Shown one piece after another: positions 57,201-64,000 of a DNA stretch of 64,000 nt (position 1 is the stretch's first letter; every line of letters begins with the position of its first letter). Source of the DNA: Mesotaenium endlicherianum (lineage: Eukaryota). Where the stretch lies: NCBI GenBank assembly GCA_009602735.1, contig WELA01002119.1, positions 256,143 to 320,142 on the forward strand, in the 5' to 3' direction. A program made the translations under genes and the position numbers. The notes below the pieces were generated by a model that saw nothing but the letters and a program-made list of their open reading frames with translations, was not told where the DNA came from and did no database searches.

Positions 57201-60200
57201 TACAGTTAGGTTCTGGCATTGCAGTTCTAACTGAAACGCTTACATTTGAGGTACTCAACACTGGCTTTTATGATCTTGTGCTAGGCAGGTCTTGGCTTAA
57301 CAGACATCAAGCTGAAGTGTGTTGGAGCAAAGGTACAGTTAAAGTGAGAGGAGCCAGTGATGGGCAGACTGACTTGGCACCCACCAGTGCTCTTCCTCTT
57401 GTCCTGTGTGGATGGCAAATGAAGGAAAAGAAGAGGCTTCCAGAAGGATGCAAGTTGCTGAATGCAATGGAGTTCGTCAAAAGCTGGAACCAGAAGGAAG
57501 ACAGAATGTTCTGTCTGCTGCTAAGAGAGGTACCTCCTCAACCTGAAGAAGTGGTTGAGAAAAAGGTAAGCCCTCCGGAGCACCCTACTGCTGCAAAAAT
57601 TGTTGCTCAGTACACTGATGTATTTAATATGCCTCCAAGACTACCCCCTAAGAGAGAAGTAGATCATAGGATTGATCTATTACCTGGGAGTCAGCCACCT
57701 TGGCAACGTACGTATGGCTTGTCTTATGTGGAGAGCGAGGAGTTGAAAACACAGATTGCAGAGCTTGAGGAAAATGGTTATATTTCTCCCAGTAAATCAC
57801 CTTACGGCGCACCCATCCTATTTGTTAAGAAAAAGGATGGCAGTATGCGGATGTGTGTGGATTACAGAGCCCTGAACAGAATTACAGTAAAGAACAAGTA
57901 TGCTTTACCCAGGATCGAAGACTTGCTTGATACCCTGTCTGGTGCTAAGGTGTTCAGTAAGATAGATCTCAAGAGTGGTTGTCATCAAATGAGAATTGCT
58001 GAGGGGGATGAACACAAAACTGCCTTCCGTACACGTTATGGACACTATGAGTTCAACGTGATGCCATGTGGACTGACTAATGTTCCTGCTACCTTCATGG
58101 GTGCTATGAATGACATTTTCAGACCTTATTTGGATAAGTTTGTGCAAGTTTTCCTGGATGATATTTTAATTTTCTCTAAAGATGAAGCTCAGCACGCTGA
58201 ACACTTAAAGACAGTCCTGGACACTCTGAGAACGAATCACTTATATGCTAAAATGAGCAAGTGTAATTTCTTTAAAGACAGTATTGAATTCTTAGGCCAC
58301 ATTTTCAGTAAAGAGGGCATCAGTGTGGATCCTAAGAAAGTCCAGACCATAAGGGACTGGCCAGTACCACAGTCTGTCTCTGAAGTTAGATCCTTCCTCG
58401 GGTTGGCTAACTACTATAGGAGATTTATAGGGTATGTGTGGGGGGGAGAGCAGCAGGTTCCCTTCCAGACCCTTAAAGATGCCCTTTGTTTTGCCCGCGT
58501 GCTAGCCGTGTATGACGCAATGGGTGCTATTTTGAGCATTTGAGCCCAAACATTTGAGCCCAGCCCCTCTACTGGTGTGTGTCGTGCTACTGCACTCGCG
58601 TATAAGCTTAAAGGAGGGGTCTGGGTGACTGAAACCACTTCAGGCAGGCTGAAGCTGGTCATTCCTAATAACTTGAAAATAAGGTCTCTCTTACTGAGTC
58701 AAGCGCATGACTGTCTCCTGGGTGGACATTTGGGGCAGGCCAAAACTGTTGGCAAATTGGCAAAACATTATCATTGGGAGGGGTTACCTCGGGAGGTCTT
58801 GGAATATGTCAAGTCTTGTGACCAGTGTCAGTGAAATAAGTCTCGGCACATTCCACCCGGAGGTCTCTTGCAACCACTGCCCAGCCCAGCTAGACGCTGG
58901 GAAACTATATCCATGGACTGGGTGGTCTCACTACCAAGAATTGCCAATGGGCATGATTCACTACTGGTAGCCGTGGATAAACTGACAAAAATGGTCATTT
59001 TCATCCCCACAACTGTCAAAGTGACTGCACTCGAAACAGCGAGACAATTCTACAACCATGTAGTATGCCAACATAGGCTCCCTTCTAATATCATTTCAGA
59101 CAGAGACTCAAAATTCACCTCTAAGTTCTAGAGAGCATTAATGGGGTTGATGGGAGTCAAACAGCTGCTCAGCACAGCAAACCACCCTCAGACTGATGGG
59201 CAAACTGAAAGAACTAATCGAGTTCTGCAGGAGGTGCTGAGAGCATATATTAACCAAAAACAAGATAATTGGGACGACCTGTTGCCTCAAATTCAGTTTG
59301 CGGTCAACAGTGCGGTGCACGCGTCAACGGGCAAGACTCCTTTTGAACTCAGTTCCTAAGTCTCCTATAGATGTACTGGGGGAGTCTTTAACTTGCCCTG
59401 AAGGGATTGACAACCCGGTCTCCCTCCAGTTAACTCAAGAGTTTGCTGACACCCTGTCAAAAGTCCAACGAAACCTGCACAAGGCCCAAGAAAACCAACA
59501 AAAATACGCTAATCAACACCGTCGGGAACTGACATTTTCCAAGGGGGATTTAGTCAAACTGCATTCTCAGCACCTGTACCTCCCTGGTGTGGTCAAGAAA
59601 AAGCTTGGCCCTGTTTGGGTTGGTCCATGTTCGGTGGTACGTCGTATCGGTCAGAATGCTTACAAACTGAACATGTCAGCTGAATACAAGGGTCACCTAG
59701 TCTTTAATGTCTCCTTCCTGGAACCATACATCAAAGGCGATACACTGTTCACAGGTCGGTTACCTGTCCAACCGGGACCGGTCCCCGCTGTCCAGGACGG
59801 CGACCCTGAGGAATATGAGGTCGATGAGATTTTAGACGCTCGCTCGGTCCGTCGATCGTCTAAATATGTCATGAAATACCTCATTCGATGGAAGGGTTAC
59901 GATGCCTCTGGGGACACTTGGGAATTTAAGGACCACTTGACCAATGCCAAAGGGGCGTTGAAACGGTTCCACCTTCGGGCCGCTGGAGCCCCTTCATAAC
60001 TGCCATTTCAGTTGACACGGGAATGTGAGAGGCAATCCTGTCTCCATTTAAGTTGGAGGGGAAAATATATGACAGTTTGTGAGCGAGAGCGATAAAGGGA
60101 CAGTTACGTGAATCCTAAATGTCAGCATAGTGACAGAGGGGACAGCCTGGCCCACATAAAGCACCTTGAGCTGAAGGAAAAAGGGCCTCGCACAACACTA

Positions 60201-60365
60201 CATCACTTAACTCACCCTACAACAGAATCATACGTTTATGTTTAGCGCATCGCAACTACGTCAACGTTTAGCAATCATCCTGTAAGGTAAACAGCATCGA
60301 ATCCACTATACTAATACTAACATACTTCGTGCAATCCCTATGACAAAGGTCCATACCCTACTAAC

Positions 60366-61451
60366 TTGTGCCCTGGTTACATGCACGGGTGGCGCCCTCC
60401 ACACAAAAGGAGGACAGAAAGCGCAAGGCGGAAGAAGCCAGGAGGACAATGGAGCAATACCAGAAGGAGCTGGCGGCGACGTCTCTCACCAGGAGAGAAC
60501 AGGAAAAAGAATGAAGCGGACAGACAGAAGAGCTTGGCCACTTACAGGTATACGTTGGTGGGTGGCCAAAACTTCGATAACCTGAAGGAAGCATTGCTGG
60601 CAGCCCAGGAGATCAACAGGCTGGAACAGACAACACTGCTACAGAGGGAAGGAGCTGCAGCACTGGATAGGTACATCGAGACACACACTGGTGTGGTCCT
60701 CTACGAAGATTATGCCAAGATGGTGGGCTATACAGCGGAGCAGGCTCGGTATCTCGCACATGATTCAGAGGACAAGCCGGTCCCCATACCGGGAATAGTG
60801 GGAGATCAGAGACTCATCCGGATGGTGAGCATGCGGCCCGATAGCTTTAAGGATACGGTATTCTACCTCACACTCCTGCCAGCTTACAATGAAGTTGAGA
60901 GAAGGAGCTGGGAGTACTTGGCCAGGGAAGCAGGACAGCAGATGTTCTCTCCCCACTGGTTCCCGTGTAAACTGAGGAAGGCTGAGCACGGACCCCAGTA
61001 CTACCAGCAGCCAACAGACTGGAGGTGGATGACCGTCACAAATAAGAAGCAGGAGTGTGACCGAGCCCAACCGGATGACTTCCACTATGGCCTAGACGGC
61101 TATCTCATCCTACCACCTCACATTGCCCCTTGGGACCCCAGGCTGAATGGATGCCTGAGCAATATGAATGCAGAGACCAAGGAACATAGGAGGAGGGGAA
61201 GAGAGTACTTCTCTAAGGGAAAGCATGCCTTTGTCAAATGGGCAAAGAATGCAGGCCGGATAGATATCAGTAGGCTGAAGGCCAAGCAACCTCCAGCGCG
61301 CCCTAAGAAAGGGAGGTCGGTAGACTACTCCATGTCTACTAGGGAGCAGGACGACTTAGTGGACGAGACCCCTACTCTCTCCGAGGAGGAGGATGAGGAG
61401 GATGAGGAAGAAGAACAAGGCAGAGGAGAAGCATCAGCAGCAGGTACTTAG
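60366..61451 (+). CDS. Accessory ORF of unknown function between pol and the 3' LTR
   Basis: ~1.1-kb open frame with acidic tail; true N-terminus probably frameshifted near 60490; a second partial copy at 62760-62834 differs mostly at synonymous sites. Confidence 0.7.
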   Translation: MCPGYMHGWRPPHKRRTESARRKKPGGQWSNTRRSWRRRLSPGENRKKNEADRQKSLATYRYTLVGGQNFDNLKEALLAAQEINRLEQTTLLQREGAAALDRYIETHTGVVLYEDYAKMVGYTAEQARYLAHDSEDKPVPIPGIVGDQRLIRMVSMRPDSFKDTVFYLTLLPAYNEVERRSWEYLAREAGQQMFSPHWFPCKLRKAEHGPQYYQQPTDWRWMTVTNKKQECDRAQPDDFHYGLDGYLILPPHIAPWDPRLNGCLSNMNAETKEHRRRGREYFSKGKHAFVKWAKNAGRIDISRLKAKQPPARPKKGRSVDYSMSTREQDDLVDETPTLSEEEDEEDEEEEQGRGEASAAGT

Positions 61452-62038
61452 GATACCCCGGGGCAGGCAGGGGCGCTCCCTAAAGAACCACGATCAGGTA
61501 TTTGAAATGTGATCCCCGTTATGGCGACAACTGGACCCCGCGCTCGCTCCCCCAGCCCACCTGCCCAAGCAGGGGAAGAAGCTGATCTGACTGTACTGGG
61601 CAGCAGACACAGGCAGAAATCCCCAGAGGACAGGGGTGCCAGAAGAGGGACACGCGGATGGGCCAGAGGTATGCCGGCCTCCCCCTCCGCTCAGGGGCAT
61701 GTACCTCTAGCCAATGTATTTCAGCATCCTACTGGAATGCCTGTCTATGTGGGGATCAACACCCAAGTGGTTGAAGAACAGGCTACCATCCTTCGTTCTC
61801 CTCGAGGCCCAACTTTAGAACAAACAGGGTTCTTTAAAAGGCCAGCTGAGAGGCCTAGAGGGCTGTCCAGATCTAGGTCCAGATCTCCGTCTCCTGATCC
61901 TGAAGCCCTAGGAACAACCCCTTAAGGTGACAGGCTGAGAAGACAGTCAGTAGGGGAGGCTGGGCAGGGTCAGTTCCTTTATTTAAGGCTTTGGCAGTTT
62001 AATGTTGTCGAGGCGACAACAAGTTAAGTTGGAGGGAT

Positions 62039-62759
62039 TGTAATGAATCAGTATATTAGTGGATATAATATTCATTTAAATATAATAGTTAATTAAGTTC
62101 AGCCTGCTGAACTTTAAGTTAATAGTCAGTCTGCTGGACTTTACATAATTATCAGTTTAATGACTCAGCCGGAAGCAGCAGGCTGAAGTCCATATAAGTC
62201 AGCTTGCTGACCCATTCTTTGACAGCCAGCTGACTTCCGTACTCGGTAGCAGCGAACTGCCTTGACATACACCTAAGTACGATATGCTAGATGAATGGCC
62301 AGATGACATCCCTATGATGGATGGCTATTCGGGATGATGGGAGATGGCGGTGGATTTGGTTAACCGAGGTCCTACCAACGTGGTTAACTCCCGGGTAGGC
62401 GGTGCCATCGCACTGACCGTTGAACAGTAAACTCATTCCATGTACATATGCTAGGCATTGCTCTCGAGTTCGGCATTCGGAAACGAGGCCAACTCTCTTG
62501 TACAGCTTACTGAGAGAGATCTGAATCCAAGGCGAGAAGCCATTGATACGCACTGTCTTCTAACCTTGCTTATGTATGAGTTTACTGATTTGCATCATTG
62601 ATGCTAGTTTACTCGCATTTGACTTACGAGTATTATTCACTGCTAGTGTATTGTCCTTTGCCGTTTAACCAGTTAACGGAAATTGCCATCAAGATTACTT
62701 GCTGATATAAAGATCTTCATTAATTGTTAATCGCTTATTTGGTAAGTCGATTCATTCCA
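62039..62759 (+). repeat. 3' LTR (family A)
   Basis: TGTAATGAATC..GATTCATTCCA, immediately preceded by purine-rich AAGTTGGAGGGA. Confidence 0.93.
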
Positions 62760-62834
62760 AGGAAGAAGGCTGAAGCTGACAGGCAAAAGAGCTTGGCCAC
62801 TTACAGATATACGGTGGTGGGTGGCCAAACCTTT

Positions 62835-64000
62835 TGTAATGAATCAGTATATTAGTAGATATATTATTCATTTAAATAAAAATAGTTAATTTAGTTCAGC
62901 CTGCTGAACTTTAGTTAGTAGTCAGTCTGCTGAACTTTAGTTAATAATCAGTCTGCTGGACTTTACATAATTATCAGTTTAATGACTCGGCCAAAAGCAG
63001 CAGGCTGAAATCAACTTAAGTCAGCTTGCTGACACATTCTTTGACAGCCAGCTGACTTCCGTGCTCGGTAGCAGCGAACTGCCTTGATATGCATCTAAGT
63101 ACCACCTGCTAGATGAATGGCCAGATGACATCCCCATGATGGATGGCTATTCGGGATGATGGGAGATGGCGGTGGATTTGGTTAACCGAGGTCCTACCAA
63201 CGTGGTTAACTCCCGGGTAGGCGGTGCCATCGCACTGACCGTTGAACAGTAAACTCATTCCATGTACATATGCTAGGCATTGCTCTCGAGTTCGGCATTC
63301 GGAAACGAGGCCAACTCTCTTGTACAGCTTACTGAGAGAGATCTGAATCCAAGGCGAGAAGCCATTGATACGCACTGTCTTCTAACCTTGCTTATGTATG
63401 AGTTTACTGATTTGCATCATTGATGCTAGTTTACTCGCATTTGACTTACGAGTATTATTCCCTGCTAGTGTATTGTCCTTTGCCGTTTAACTAGTTAACG
63501 GAAATACCATAAAGATTACTTGCTGATATAAAGATCTTTATTAATTGTTAATCGCCTATTTGGTAAGTCGATTCATTTCAGTGGTATCGGAGCAGTTATC
63601 ACAGTCTTCTTTGTATGGTAAGGACAAGGTCTCAAACTAGCAACTCCCGAGACATGGAGAACCAGGATAACGAGAATGTCGAAAACCAGGCGGAAAGCCA
63701 TGTAGCGGGAAACCGTACCTATTCGGAAGCAGTAGCGGATACTGCAGCTAGGGAGGCAGCAGATGAGGCAGCTGCTATTGCCTCAGTCGCAGCTCAGCAA
63801 GCTGAGGAGGAGATAGCCAGACTAGAAGCTGAACAAGTAGCAAAGGCCGCTGAAGATATACAAAGGAGGGAAGGACAGCCAGCTGACGAGCGCACTGTTG
63901 AAGAACTTATGGCATCAAGGGCCAATGTTCTGAACCCACCTCCTGCCGTACAACTCAATGTACCCCTAGGTCAAATACGTGACCGGCTGAATGCGGCAGG
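62835..64000 (+). mobile_element. Second family-A Gypsy element: 5' LTR 62835-63580, PBS, start of gag
   Basis: TGTAATGAATC..GATTCATTTCA; PBS TGGTATCGGAGC at 63582-63593 (initiator tRNA-Met type, one mismatch to TGGTATCAGAGC); gag MVRTRSQTSNSRDME from 63615 open to the window end. Confidence 0.93.

Larger units (their letters stand above)
55648..62759 (+). mobile_element. 5'-truncated chromovirus-type Ty3/Gypsy element: gag end, PR, RT, IN-chromodomain, extra ORF, PPT, 3' LTR
   Basis: [14 protein letters not shown] knuckle; protease [24 protein letters not shown]; RNase H largely deleted; integrase HHCC, ISMDW, ISDRD, HPQTDGQTER with stops; chromodomain EYEVDEILDAR..YLIRWKGYDASGDTWE ending 59999. 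Confidence 0.93.

Noticed and set aside
62039..63580. The two adjacent LTRs as one TRIM-like mini-element
   Set aside because: PPT lies before the first and PBS after the second, so they belong to two different elements

Overview
Eukaryotic, intron-rich, plant-type genomic DNA (streptophyte/green-alga-like; organism not provable from sequence alone) with four assembly gaps. Left 42 kb is genic: an Fcf2/DNTTIP2-like pre-rRNA processing gene (-) head-to-head with a DDX41/abstrakt (plant RH35) DEAD-box helicase (+); a 5-exon ATG8 (+); a lesioned chimeric gene joining F-box + LRRs to a PIAS/PIAL-type SP-RING, SIM and Q-rich tail (-), with an inverted degenerate copy of its tail; and an 18-exon, ~2020-aa gene (-) with a transit-peptide-like N-terminus, one 4.5-kb exon of 57-aa coiled-coil repeats and a duplicated three-exon C-terminal module. 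Right 19 kb is a nest of LTR retrotransposons: chromodomain-bearing Ty3/Gypsy copies with an extra, apparently conserved ORF between pol and the 3' LTR, solo LTRs with 5-bp TSDs, and a Copia RT/RNase H remnant. Most interesting: the F-box/LRR-SP-RING fusion, the giant repeat protein, and the retroelement accessory ORF bracketed by two PPT-like tracts. All gene models were built by eye from GT-AG sites and frame continuity; no database searches were run.
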